Virus record (IMG/VR): IMGVR_UViG_3300032334_000315
Span: 90,690 to 154,689 of that record
Length of the DNA stretch: 64,000 nucleotides
Origin: a virus
Strand: one strand, 5' to 3'
Positions 1 through 9,327 of the stretch are shown piece by piece. The first letter of the stretch is position 1, and every line of letters starts with the position of its first letter. Both the position numbers and the translations under genes were made by a program. The notes beneath the pieces are model-generated. The model was not told where the DNA came from. It did not search any database and worked only from the letters and a program-made list of their open reading frames with translations.

Positions 1-299
1 TTCCAACGCTTACGAGCCATCGTAAACGTGATGGAGTCATTGATCTGGAGATTGAACTTGGATAGAAAATCACCTTCGCCCTCAAAGCCTTGAACATTTT
101 TAATATAGACTTCAATATCAACCGCATCATCAAATGTGGATGTTGGATCTTCACCAAGAAGTGGATCCACATTTTGAAGTGTGCGCGGCAAATACTTTAC
201 GTCCAGACCATAAATCTTAATCGCTTGCACGATAAGATCCTCAGCAAGATCCTGCTGGCGCCCGTATGTGAATGGTCGGAAGTATTTGTTTGTTGTCAT
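1..299 (-). CDS. gp14: Neck protein gp14 (partial, runs off the left edge of the window)
   Basis: Not in the ORF track. Manual translation from the ATG at 299 gives MTTNKYFRPFTYGRQQDLAEDLIVQAIKIYGLDVKYLPRT...GEDPTSTFDDAVDIEVYIKNVQGFEGEGDFLSKF, typical of gp14; it lies directly downstream of gp13. Confidence 0.9.
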   Translation of the reverse strand, partial: MTTNKYFRPFTYGRQQDLAEDLIVQAIKIYGLDVKYLPRTLQNVDPLLGEDPTSTFDDAVDIEVYIKNVQGFEGEGDFLSKFNLQINDSITFTMARKRW

Positions 300-301
300 T
301 C

Positions 302-1045
302 TTAGCCGATCATATCCGTAACAGGCAAGCTATAGTCATTAATGAGCGATGCTTCCATCGTTGTTATCATATCGTTTGCTTCTTCCCAAATCTTCTGTCC
401 ATTAAATGCAATACCACCAGGAAGCTGCATGCCTTCATATAGCTTTAGATTCTCGCCCCACTGGCGCTTCACGAGCGCGGTCGCGTACTGTTTTAACCAT
501 GAATCGTTCCATACATCCGTATATGTGTTCGGATCCAAACTTGCATATCCATCCACGATAATACTATATCCTGGCTGTACGTCGGTGGACCATGCCATGT
601 CAATGTGTAGGGTATTAGTGTGGCGATTGAAACGGATAGGTTTTTTACCGACAAAGATTTCTTCCAGCGTCTCGATGTGGCGCATAGCCATAACATATGG
701 TGCCACAGAAACGCTGGTAATATTGAATAGCTCGTTTAGATGAAGCTGATAGCGAACATTGAACATACTGGTCGTGCTATAGCTATCGCCGAGATCAAAG
801 ATACGGGTAACGCCAATGATGCTTTCCGGAAGAGTAATGTAACGATTGGTAATGTCGGTAGGAGTAACCACATGCCTATAGAGAACATGTTCGGTGCCAT
901 CATAGTGGTAATCGCGGTACTTTGCAATAGCGTCGTCGATACGATCTTCGACCTGCTCGTCATCCACATTGATATCAATAACTGGCGCTCCGAGGCGGCG
1001 CAGGATATAGTCTTTGAATTCCTGTCTTGATGCTGGAATAGCCAT
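302..1045 (-). CDS. gp13: Neck protein gp13
   Basis: Motifs YILRRLGAPVIDINVDDEQVEDRIDDA and WLKQYATALVKRQWGENLK...LPGG are characteristic of T4-like gp13. Confidence 0.93.
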   Translation of the reverse strand: MAIPASRQEFKDYILRRLGAPVIDINVDDEQVEDRIDDAIAKYRDYHYDGTEHVLYRHVVTPTDITNRYITLPESIIGVTRIFDLGDSYSTTSMFNVRYQLHLNELFNITSVSVAPYVMAMRHIETLEEIFVGKKPIRFNRHTNTLHIDMAWSTDVQPGYSIIVDGYASLDPNTYTDVWNDSWLKQYATALVKRQWGENLKLYEGMQLPGGIAFNGQKIWEEANDMITTMEASLINDYSLPVTDMIG

Positions 1046-1068
1046 TTATCACTCCGAGTTAGTTCTGC

Positions 1069-1076
1069 TATTTATG
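1069..1076 (-). promoter_or_regulatory. T4-type late promoter variant (CATAAATA) for gp13
   Basis: One mismatch to TATAAATA, about 25 nt upstream of the gp13 start. Confidence 0.6.
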
Positions 1077-1104
1077 TTCTTGACTATTTAGTCTATATAG
1101 TGCT

Positions 1105-2067
1105 ATGATTCGTTTGATCGTAATGCTCTTTATTGGCTTCATCTCGCTTGCGGCTGCGGCGGCTGAGCTAAAAATAATCACTCCATCCAATGACGATAGC
1201 TATAATATCAACGCCAGGATTCTATCCAGGCATCTCGGTAAATACTTACCAGACAATCCTACTATAACTATCCAATCCATGCCAGGCGCTGCGAGCTTAG
1301 TTGCAGCCAATTACATATACAATATTGCGCCGAGAGATGGTAGCGTTATCGGCATTGTCTATAAAGAGATTCCGTTTGTCGGGCTATTAGGCGGTGACGG
1401 AGTCCAGTTTGATCCTAATCATTTCAACTGGATTGGGTCGGTAGCAGACGGCCGCAAGGATGCTGTTATTCTATGGGCCAATGAACCGAAGTTTCGGTCA
1501 GACTTCGTTGTAGGTGCTGAGGGTGCCACATCAGGCAACATGGCTTTGTTTGTCAACAAAATGCTTGGCACCAATTTCAAGATTGTCGGTGGTTATCCAA
1601 CGACCGGTGCTAACCGTCTCGCGCTTGAGCGCAAGGAAGTGGATGCGGTTATCTATAGTTTGATTGGTATCAAAACGCAAAAGCCCAACTGGTTACAGTC
1701 AGGCAGCGGCATCTATCCAACGCTTCAGTTTGGCAACGGTACGGCCCGTCTACCAGAATATAAAGAAGTTCCAGCACTGGCTGAATATGTAACAGACGAC
1801 AAAGACAGAAAGCTCCTTCATGCTTTTGAATCCCAGTTCATAATGTTGCGCCCATTCGTAGCACCGCCTGGCGTGCCAAAAGCTCGCATAGATGAACTAC
1901 GCAATGCGTTCTCAAAAGCAATGGTGGATGCTGAGTATGTTGAAGATGCGCGCCGTGCAAACATAGATATTAATGCTATCAGCGGTGCTGATATGGAAAC
2001 CATGATAAAGACTCCAGTAAATATCGAAACGCTCGATAGTCTCAAACAGATTTATAAGGTAAAGTGA
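1105..2067 (+). CDS. Tripartite tricarboxylate transporter substrate-binding protein (TctC/Bug family)
   Basis: Signal peptide; ARILSRHLGKYLPDNPTITIQSMPGAASLVAANYIYNIAPRDGSVIG; RPFVAPPGVPKARIDELRNAF. Confidence 0.85.
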   Translation: MIRLIVMLFIGFISLAAAAAELKIITPSNDDSYNINARILSRHLGKYLPDNPTITIQSMPGAASLVAANYIYNIAPRDGSVIGIVYKEIPFVGLLGGDGVQFDPNHFNWIGSVADGRKDAVILWANEPKFRSDFVVGAEGATSGNMALFVNKMLGTNFKIVGGYPTTGANRLALERKEVDAVIYSLIGIKTQKPNWLQSGSGIYPTLQFGNGTARLPEYKEVPALAEYVTDDKDRKLLHAFESQFIMLRPFVAPPGVPKARIDELRNAFSKAMVDAEYVEDARRANIDINAISGADMETMIKTPVNIETLDSLKQIYKVK

Positions 2068-2068
2068 A

Positions 2069-2749
2069 ATGTTCGAACATGCTCTATTTCCTACACTGTT
2101 AACCGAATTTGAATATCCAGAAAAAGATGCGTTCAAAAATGCTTTTTACCAGGGCATCTTCAAGTATATGTCACCCGAAGGATACTCAAGCGAGTTCACT
2201 GGCCATGTGAATATCCACCATGAACCATCGTTTGAGCCATTCTTCAAGTTTGCTTCAGATTGCGTCAAGCAATATATCGCAAGACTTCACTTGGATCCAA
2301 ACCTGTTTGAGTACAATGTGGTCAAAACATGGATGAACATTACTAAAAATCGTATGACACCTATGCACAATCATGCGGACGCGCACATGTCATTTACCTA
2401 CTACATTAACATTCCAAAAGAGTTCTCAAAGCCTATTCGTTTCTTCAACTACAATATGAGACATGAACCGTTCCCAGGTTGTATCAAGTTTAATGATCCA
2501 TCAAAATGGGACGACTTCAATGCATACACATGGCAGATTGAACCACAAGAAGGCAGACTGTTTGTTTTCCCAGCAAATTTGACGCATGACACCGTAGGCC
2601 ATGAAGAAGAGAAAGAACCAGGATGCTTCACTCCAGACGATCTGGATCAGATGCGCGTCTGTCTTGCGTGTGATATTCTTCTAACATATAAAAATAAAGC
2701 AGCGAAACCATTGGGTGTCCAACCTGTGAGTAACTGGAGAATTTTCTGA
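2069..2749 (+). CDS. Putative 2OG-Fe(II) oxygenase (TIGR02466-like)
   Basis: WMN...HNH...SFTYYI and EPQEGRLFVFPANLTHDT...R, a double-stranded beta-helix motif set. Confidence 0.75.
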   Translation: MFEHALFPTLLTEFEYPEKDAFKNAFYQGIFKYMSPEGYSSEFTGHVNIHHEPSFEPFFKFASDCVKQYIARLHLDPNLFEYNVVKTWMNITKNRMTPMHNHADAHMSFTYYINIPKEFSKPIRFFNYNMRHEPFPGCIKFNDPSKWDDFNAYTWQIEPQEGRLFVFPANLTHDTVGHEEEKEPGCFTPDDLDQMRVCLACDILLTYKNKAAKPLGVQPVSNWRIF

Positions 2750-3369
2750 TGGCAAAGTATACAACAATTTATAATGATCCATACCGTCGCGCTAAGATTA
2801 CTTTGCCGTTTGCATTTTGGGATGGAGCATTCTCAGACGAAGAACTAAAAGCGGTTATTGAGTATTGCGATTCATTCGGTGTCGAACAGAGTACGCTTAC
2901 TGGCACCACAGACATTGAAGAAATTAAAAAGTACCGCGAATCAAAGATTAAGTTTCATGAGCGTAATCAGGACAACGGCTGGATCTTTGACAAACTAAAC
3001 TTCATCATTCAGTCTATCAACGAGATGTATTATGGCTTTGATTTGAATGGATATAATGTGTTCCAGTATACCACATATGACGCTGAAGACGAAGGCCGAT
3101 ATGATTGGCACATGGATATGGCAATGGGCCATGAGCAACCTGGTGTGGCTGAAATTCGCAAGCTATCACTCACTCTCCTATTGGACGATGAGTTTGAGGG
3201 TGGTGAGTTCCAGATCAATGGTAGCAATGCACATGAACCTATCATTGCAGAATTGAAAAAAGGACGGGCTATTTTGTTCCCGTCCTTTATGATTCACCGT
3301 GTTACGCCAGTCACAAAAGGCAAGAGGCGATCAATCGTTGTCTGGGTAGTAGGACCAAAGTTCCAGTAA
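2749..3369 (+). CDS. 2OG-Fe(II) oxygenase, prolyl-4-hydroxylase/PKHD-like
   Basis: YDWHMD, RKLSLTLLL, EFEGGEF, LFPSFMIHRVTPVTKGKRRSIVVWVVGP. Confidence 0.88.
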   Translation: MAKYTTIYNDPYRRAKITLPFAFWDGAFSDEELKAVIEYCDSFGVEQSTLTGTTDIEEIKKYRESKIKFHERNQDNGWIFDKLNFIIQSINEMYYGFDLNGYNVFQYTTYDAEDEGRYDWHMDMAMGHEQPGVAEIRKLSLTLLLDDEFEGGEFQINGSNAHEPIIAELKKGRAILFPSFMIHRVTPVTKGKRRSIVVWVVGPKFQ

Positions 3370-4281
3370 CTACTTCAACACAATGTCTTTTTCATACTTA
3401 TCGACAATTTTATTTATTTTATCAATTTCTTGTTGAATTTTTTCTCGTTCAAAACATCTGAGTTCATGACCAATCTTCTCAAGTAGTTTTATAAAATCAG
3501 TCGATCCACATATTTTTGGCAAAAAAATATCAAACGTCTTTACAAATTCAACTCTTTCTTTCGGTACAGAAAATCCGACAGTTGATACAAAATTAAAATC
3601 TGGAACACCAACATGTTTTCCATTAGGAATATTTGATGCTTCTAAACTAGATGATAAGATTGGTCTCAAGCCTATGATGTCTTGTGGCGAAAATATTGTA
3701 TAGTCAGCTTCGTTTACCAATATGCTTTTTGTTATTTCATATGGTGATGTGTAATTTAAATCTTTAGATTTAAAGCCAATCGACTTTAATAAAACAACAT
3801 TAAGATACGGTGTTATTGCATTTGTTGTTGTATTCCCAAAGTATACAGTTTTTCCTGAGCTAAAAAGATTTTTTAAATCATTAAACGATTTGATATTTGA
3901 TTTCGGGTTAACGGCAAGATGAAAAGGTGTTCCAGAAAAAGATTGTACTTGAACAACATCACTATTTCGATTATAGGCATTTATATTTGGGCTGGTATAT
4001 CTACCTAAAGTGACACCGGATATACCAGACCAAATCAGAACGTCTTCGCCGGCTCTGGCCGCAGATATAGCTCTAAGGGTAGCATTATCTCCACCAGCTC
4101 CTGGTATTGAAGTAAGCCGAAATTGAACATCATTCTGAATAATATTGAGTTGAGATATTACTTCTGTCCCTACAAGCATTCCAACACTGCCTGGGGTAAA
4201 CATCGAGTAAACATTTACTTCTTTTGCCATAGCACAATTTGACAATAGTAAAAAAAATAATGCAAACATTTTATTAAACAT
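3370..4281 (-). CDS. Divergent TctC/Bug-like periplasmic binding protein
   Basis: Signal peptide, about 300 aa, SIPGAGG motif, PFHLAVNPKSNIKSFNDL segment; paralogous to 7170-8102. Confidence 0.6.
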   Translation of the reverse strand: MFNKMFALFFLLLSNCAMAKEVNVYSMFTPGSVGMLVGTEVISQLNIIQNDVQFRLTSIPGAGGDNATLRAISAARAGEDVLIWSGISGVTLGRYTSPNINAYNRNSDVVQVQSFSGTPFHLAVNPKSNIKSFNDLKNLFSSGKTVYFGNTTTNAITPYLNVVLLKSIGFKSKDLNYTSPYEITKSILVNEADYTIFSPQDIIGLRPILSSSLEASNIPNGKHVGVPDFNFVSTVGFSVPKERVEFVKTFDIFLPKICGSTDFIKLLEKIGHELRCFEREKIQQEIDKINKIVDKYEKDIVLK

Positions 4282-4293
4282 AATAAAATTTCC

Positions 4294-5496
4294 TTAAAAT
4301 TCTGGCTTAAATTGTCCGAGATAATAAAGTCTAGAAAATAGAGTCTTATTCAAGTTTGATTTGTTTGCTATTTTATCATATTTTTTCCATTTGTGCGATT
4401 GATAATCAGCATAAAAATCATGCGCCGTATGAGATATACCAATAGTTTCTACCAACTTTATATCGGGACTTATTTTTGTTGGTTTAGAGCCAACAAAAAT
4501 ATTTGGATCCCAATCCGGATAAATGATTGTATTATACCATCTATCTAAAATAAAACCTGGTGGACATTTTATTTTTGGATCAGACAATGCGTTTTTTACC
4601 ACATTTCGTATGTACATCCACTCATTATATAATTTTTTACTTTTTGCCAATTTATCAATAATTACTTGACACTGTTTTACCGGTATCATTGGAAAATCTG
4701 GTGACCAGTAAAAATCTTCGACTGTATATGGAGCACCTTCTTTTTGAAGAGATACTCCGATATTTGCGAGAGTGATATCGGAAAACAAAAAGAAAATTTT
4801 ACCATCGTCGGTAATGTCAATAATGGGTTTTTCGAGGCCTCTGATAACAGCTACATTTTCTTTTGTTATAGACTGTCTTTCGTGTTTAATTAAAAGTGGT
4901 GACCAATTTTTTCCTACACCTCCTGTAACCCATCTAAGTGACCTAGGTTCATCGTTATGACCAAGATACTCATATTTTTTTCCACCTATTTGCGTGATTA
5001 AATTTTCCGACGAATCAATCAATGTAATTTTAGTGTTTGGACTATATTTTTTAATTTTATTTAACTGTGGTATAACGGCCATCTCAAATTCCATAAACTC
5101 GGTGAGATCCTCGTCATTAAGCAATATGCTACGATCCAATCTATTAATCGCTCTCTGGTGATGAACAATAACGATCTCATCTAAAAAAATATTATTTTTA
5201 AGAAAAGTTTCCAAAACTTGTGTTGAATCGCTACCTCCGGAATATCTTAAAATTAGATATCGGTATTTATCACGCAACTGTTGGGCGCGATCTCTATACA
5301 GGACCGATATGTCAAGGTGTATGGTTTTTTCCCAGTTGATGTTTGAAAAAATATGGTCGTTGTAATAGAATTGAATCTTACCGCCATAATCTTTCTTTAA
5401 TAGCATAAGATCCAATGCATCTTCTCGCATTACAAAAGTTTGGTTATCATAAACATAATAACCCAGGTGTGGGTACTTTATATCAAAAGTTAACAT
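4294..5496 (-). CDS. PP-loop (adenine nucleotide alpha-hydrolase-like) protein of unknown function
   Basis: LYRDRAQQLRDKYRYLILRYSGGSDSTQVL, RGLEKP, EDFYWSPDFPMIPVKQC. Confidence 0.65.
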   Translation of the reverse strand: MLTFDIKYPHLGYYVYDNQTFVMREDALDLMLLKKDYGGKIQFYYNDHIFSNINWEKTIHLDISVLYRDRAQQLRDKYRYLILRYSGGSDSTQVLETFLKNNIFLDEIVIVHHQRAINRLDRSILLNDEDLTEFMEFEMAVIPQLNKIKKYSPNTKITLIDSSENLITQIGGKKYEYLGHNDEPRSLRWVTGGVGKNWSPLLIKHERQSITKENVAVIRGLEKPIIDITDDGKIFFLFSDITLANIGVSLQKEGAPYTVEDFYWSPDFPMIPVKQCQVIIDKLAKSKKLYNEWMYIRNVVKNALSDPKIKCPPGFILDRWYNTIIYPDWDPNIFVGSKPTKISPDIKLVETIGISHTAHDFYADYQSHKWKKYDKIANKSNLNKTLFSRLYYLGQFKPEF

Positions 5497-5931
5497 TTAT
5501 TTGTTTTCATAAAATGGATACAGCTCGCCTGTCTTTCTATTGCGGTATGAATAGTAAAATTGAAAATTTACGTCTCTTAAATTTGACTTTGGATTCAAAT
5601 CTAGCATTTTCTGTTTGATATCAACAATCGCTGTATTGTAAGCTCTTGCTAGAGCGATATTTGAAAAGTAATATTCAATAATCAATGTGGTGTCATCTTC
5701 TGTATATCTGCGCGTCCAACCTTCAAATCCTTCAAATAGTTCTGGAGCCATTTGATCTCTAAGATTCTTCGTTGCTCTAAAATGAGCGGTATTTTTTATA
5801 GTGACGTTATCTCTAACATCAAACAAAACATCGACAGCCTTTGGTGAATTGATAGGAACATAGATGTCCGCCCAATTACCGCCCTCAGATTTGACAGTGA
5901 TTATACTGAATATGATTGGTGCGTCGGTCAT
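5497..5931 (-). CDS. Hypothetical protein
   Basis: ORF track 5497..5967; the ATG at 5931 is preferred because GAGGAG lies just upstream. Confidence 0.6.
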   Translation of the reverse strand: MTDAPIIFSIITVKSEGGNWADIYVPINSPKAVDVLFDVRDNVTIKNTAHFRATKNLRDQMAPELFEGFEGWTRRYTEDDTTLIIEYYFSNIALARAYNTAIVDIKQKMLDLNPKSNLRDVNFQFYYSYRNRKTGELYPFYENK

Positions 5932-5957
5932 AAAATTCTCCTCGTTTGATTCTGGTC

Positions 5958-5976
5958 TATTTAGCATATATAAACA
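5958..5976. promoter_or_regulatory. Back-to-back late-promoter-like boxes (CTAAATA on -, TATAAACA on +)
   Basis: Imperfect TATAAATA variants in the 46-nt gap between divergent genes. Confidence 0.35.
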
Positions 5977-5977
5977 T

Positions 5978-7168
5978 ATGAAATTGCATAATGGATATTA
6001 CACCTATAACGGAAAAATGTTTTTTGCTCGTGAGGACGCATTTGATGCGATGCTATTGAATAATGATCTCAGCGGTCAAATTTTATTCAATTACAATGAT
6101 CCTATCTTCGCGAACATCAATTGGACTAAAGATCCAAAGATAAACATTTCTAGTCTATATCGTATGCGCGCTCAACAAATCCGAGATAAGTATAAGTATG
6201 TCATACTTTCGTTTTCTGGTGGTAGCGATTCAACTCAAGTTCTTCAAACTTTTTTGAATAATGACATATTCATAGACGAAATCCAAGTATCAACTTTGGA
6301 CAAAATGACGCACCGATTTAATAAACAAGAATTGGCTAAAGATCGAGATTTGGGATATATCATGGAATACGAGTATGCTGTAAAACCTATGTTAAAGATC
6401 GTCAAAGAAAAATCACCAGATACCAAAATTACGATTCATGATGCTTCTGATTATCTACACGATCAGTTGTCTGAGAAGAAATTTTTTCCATTAGGAAATG
6501 ATGCACGAACGAGAGTCGGTTCTCCTAGAATGTCACCTGGTGTAGGTCCATCATTCATATGGTGGTATATGTACAATACAATTAATTCAGATAAGTCAAC
6601 AGACAGAGATGGTGTATGTATTGTTAGAGGCTTTGAAAAACCGTCAATTATGATTGACGATGACAACAAGATGTATTTTCATTTCTATGACCATACTATG
6701 ATTTCAACGGCCGCAATCAATAAAGGTGAAGTTGTTGAAAATTATACCACTGAAGATTTTTTTTGGTCTCCAGATATGCCTTTTATTCCGGTCAAACAGT
6801 GTCATATGATTCTGAATAAGTTCAGAAGTGACAAAAAATTTCTAAACAAATATAAAGATGGATTGAAAGCTATCGACGAATTTGCTAAATTAAATTACAA
6901 ACCTGTGTATTCGCCAGCAATTCATATCGAACGAATGTTGTGTGAGATTATATATCCAAATTGGAATCCTAATACGTTTGTGGCACCTAAGCCAACAAAC
7001 ATAAGTCCAGAGTTCAAGATATATGAGCTGGCTGTTGGAAAACACTTCGGTAATGATTTCAAAAAAGAAATCCAAAACTATAAAGAATCCAAATATGACG
7101 CAATATTAGACAAAAGACAATTTTATAGAATGATTCCATCGAAAAAATATTATGTAGGAGACATATAG
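5978..7168 (+). CDS. PP-loop protein, paralogue of 4294-5496
   Basis: LYRMRAQQIRDKYKYVILSFSGGSDSTQVL, RGFEKP, EDFFWSPDMPFIPVKQC; start moved to MKLHNGYY to match the paralogue. Confidence 0.65.
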   Translation: MKLHNGYYTYNGKMFFAREDAFDAMLLNNDLSGQILFNYNDPIFANINWTKDPKINISSLYRMRAQQIRDKYKYVILSFSGGSDSTQVLQTFLNNDIFIDEIQVSTLDKMTHRFNKQELAKDRDLGYIMEYEYAVKPMLKIVKEKSPDTKITIHDASDYLHDQLSEKKFFPLGNDARTRVGSPRMSPGVGPSFIWWYMYNTINSDKSTDRDGVCIVRGFEKPSIMIDDDNKMYFHFYDHTMISTAAINKGEVVENYTTEDFFWSPDMPFIPVKQCHMILNKFRSDKKFLNKYKDGLKAIDEFAKLNYKPVYSPAIHIERMLCEIIYPNWNPNTFVAPKPTNISPEFKIYELAVGKHFGNDFKKEIQNYKESKYDAILDKRQFYRMIPSKKYYVGDI

Positions 7169-7169
7169 A

Positions 7170-8102
7170 ATGTGGATGCGAATTTTATCTTTCTTGCTCG
7201 GCACGTCATTTATGATAACCAGTGCGTTTGCTTTGGAAGAGCGAGTCAATATTTACACCAGATTTGCAGCTGGTGACAACACTATCATTATGGTTAACAT
7301 GATGATTAAGCAGTTGAATAAGAAATATGAAGGTGTTTACGATTTTAGGGTCAACATTATTCCTGGATCAGGTGGAGAATCTGCCGACCAGAGAGCTATA
7401 TTGGATGCCAATGCAGGAATAAACACACTTGTCGTAGGCAGCATTTCAAATTTTGCTATCAATCCAATTGTCTACGATTCAAAAATCAATCGCGATATCG
7501 AATTTATTCCAGTTGAGTTGGCCCATAGATTACCAAACGCAATCATGGTAAATCCAGACTTAAATATCAATACGGTCGACGATCTGGTAAAGCATATTAG
7601 AAACAAGAATAAAGCTTACAGCGGAAACACTCTGCAAGCAACTTCTCCGATTCTGTTAGACTCAATATTCAGAACTCATTATGGATTGAATAATGTTGAG
7701 AGTGTAAAATATAAAGCACCACCTGAAGTTGCGAAGAGCGTTCTTATTAATGAAGTCGATTATTCAATTTTAAATCCCATCGACACCACAGGGTTAAAGC
7801 TTTTAGCAATTTCGTTTCCTCAAAGAGATGCTTATTTTCCAAATATTCCTACGGGAATTGAATCTGGCATGCCAGATTTTAATTATGCTTCAAGCATGAT
7901 GTTCTATGTGCCAAAAGCAAGTCTGAAATTTGTCGCTACTATCAGACAGGAACTCCATCAAGCATGCCTTGATAGCTATGGTATTGATATGGTAAAAACT
8001 CTTAAAATTACACCAATATGCAATAACGATGAGACATTTCTTTGGAAAGAAATTACTAGAGAAAGATTGCTAGCCCTAAAACATAAAGACTCACTCAAAT
8101 AA
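7170..8102 (+). CDS. Divergent TctC/Bug-like periplasmic binding protein
   Basis: Signal peptide, NIIPGSGG, AIMVNPDLNINTVDDLV, FPNIPTGIESGMPDF. Confidence 0.65.
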   Translation: MWMRILSFLLGTSFMITSAFALEERVNIYTRFAAGDNTIIMVNMMIKQLNKKYEGVYDFRVNIIPGSGGESADQRAILDANAGINTLVVGSISNFAINPIVYDSKINRDIEFIPVELAHRLPNAIMVNPDLNINTVDDLVKHIRNKNKAYSGNTLQATSPILLDSIFRTHYGLNNVESVKYKAPPEVAKSVLINEVDYSILNPIDTTGLKLLAISFPQRDAYFPNIPTGIESGMPDFNYASSMMFYVPKASLKFVATIRQELHQACLDSYGIDMVKTLKITPICNNDETFLWKEITRERLLALKHKDSLK

Positions 8103-8891
8103 TGCTAAAAACTGTTCTTTGGTACCAAAAGTGTGATTAGGATCAGGCGTATGTACTCTATGCTGCCTGATACGGACAAATACTAGATCATATCCTGATC
8201 CATAATCATACGAGAATTTTGGTCTCCATGGAATGTTATAGATCCTTGATTTGAAATCTTGAACCGTTTCATTACCCATTTCTTTTACCATAGCACAACA
8301 CAGTTCTGGCGTGTATGTGAAAAAGTAATGGGTATTATCATTGTGAATTAAAACGTCATTGTAGAAATCCCACTCATTAGCACCAACATACATTTGTCCA
8401 TCATTGTCGTCAATGATGTGTTCGCTCATAATCATAATCCCGCCATGATCTTCTGCGTATCTACCGACTATAAGGCCTGGTACAGAATTGTGACCATATC
8501 CACTTAATTTTTTAAATATGTCATCAACAAAGATCGTCAATAGTTCAGACGGTGTTTTGTCGATAACTATAGGATCTATTCCGTACTCCTTGCAAGTACG
8601 AAAAGCATAAGCCGATTCATATTTGTTTATTGGCGTATTGACAATAACGGGAATTACGTTATGATCGCGTTCGACCATACGTCTAAACACGAACTCTGAA
8701 TCCATACCGCCACTAAAACCAATAAACAACTTTTCTGATTTATCAGCAATTAAATCGGCAGTGTAATCTGTAGCTGCATCAAAAGACATTATATTGTATG
8801 GCTTTGTATTCAGATGCACAGAAAAATTTGTCGAATTGTTTATTAATCTTTTGGATAGATTACTTCGAAGCCAATTGTTTTCCGTTGCCAT
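8091..8891 (-). CDS. Short PP-loop protein of unknown function
   Basis: LFIGFSGGMDSEFV motif. Confidence 0.55.
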   Translation of the reverse strand: MATENNWLRSNLSKRLINNSTNFSVHLNTKPYNIMSFDAATDYTADLIADKSEKLFIGFSGGMDSEFVFRRMVERDHNVIPVIVNTPINKYESAYAFRTCKEYGIDPIVIDKTPSELLTIFVDDIFKKLSGYGHNSVPGLIVGRYAEDHGGIMIMSEHIIDDNDGQMYVGANEWDFYNDVLIHNDNTHYFFTYTPELCCAMVKEMGNETVQDFKSRIYNIPWRPKFSYDYGSGYDLVFVRIRQHRVHTPDPNHTFGTKEQFLALFE

Positions 8892-9327
8892 CTAAGCCTT
8901 TCCATGTACCAAATATCAAGTCCCAAATGGGAATGAACACGCCATAATTTTTGGTGGCATAATCATGGTGAATGAGATGCCACTTGCCACTGGTTAGGAA
9001 TGGATAGAGATTGATGCGCTTGTTATGTTCGACCGCCTCTTGGATAAAGCCAGCCCAAATGTAGTACGCAACTAAAAGCCACCAATGACCAGTGATTGCA
9101 GATATTATAATCGTTGGAATCACTTCTGTCAACCACTGATCTATGGTGCTATTCCAGGTATCGAAAAAAAGAAATGCGTTTTTCCAGTTTAGACCTTGGA
9201 TTGTTTGGTCTGTTACCTGCGCGTGATGATCCATGTGAAATTTACGGACAATCGGAATCACATGGGCCGCACGATGCGCCCAATAGACGACAAAAGTCCA
9301 TAAAAGAAACACAAGGAAGTAGCTCAT
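8860..9327 (-). CDS. Fatty acid hydroxylase / sterol desaturase family membrane protein
   Basis: His boxes HRAAH, HMDHH, HLIHH and NYGVFIPIWDLIFGT; the ATG at 9327 overlaps the upstream stop (ATGA). Confidence 0.82.
   Translation of the reverse strand: MSYFLVFLLWTFVVYWAHRAAHVIPIVRKFHMDHHAQVTDQTIQGLNWKNAFLFFDTWNSTIDQWLTEVIPTIIISAITGHWWLLVAYYIWAGFIQEAVEHNKRINLYPFLTSGKWHLIHHDYATKNYGVFIPIWDLIFGTWKGLDGNGKQLASK

Noticed and set aside
1080-1109. TTGACT...TATGAT possible sigma70 promoter for the first TctC gene
   Set aside because: The spacer is 18 nt and the -10 box overlaps the start codon; not credible without TSS data
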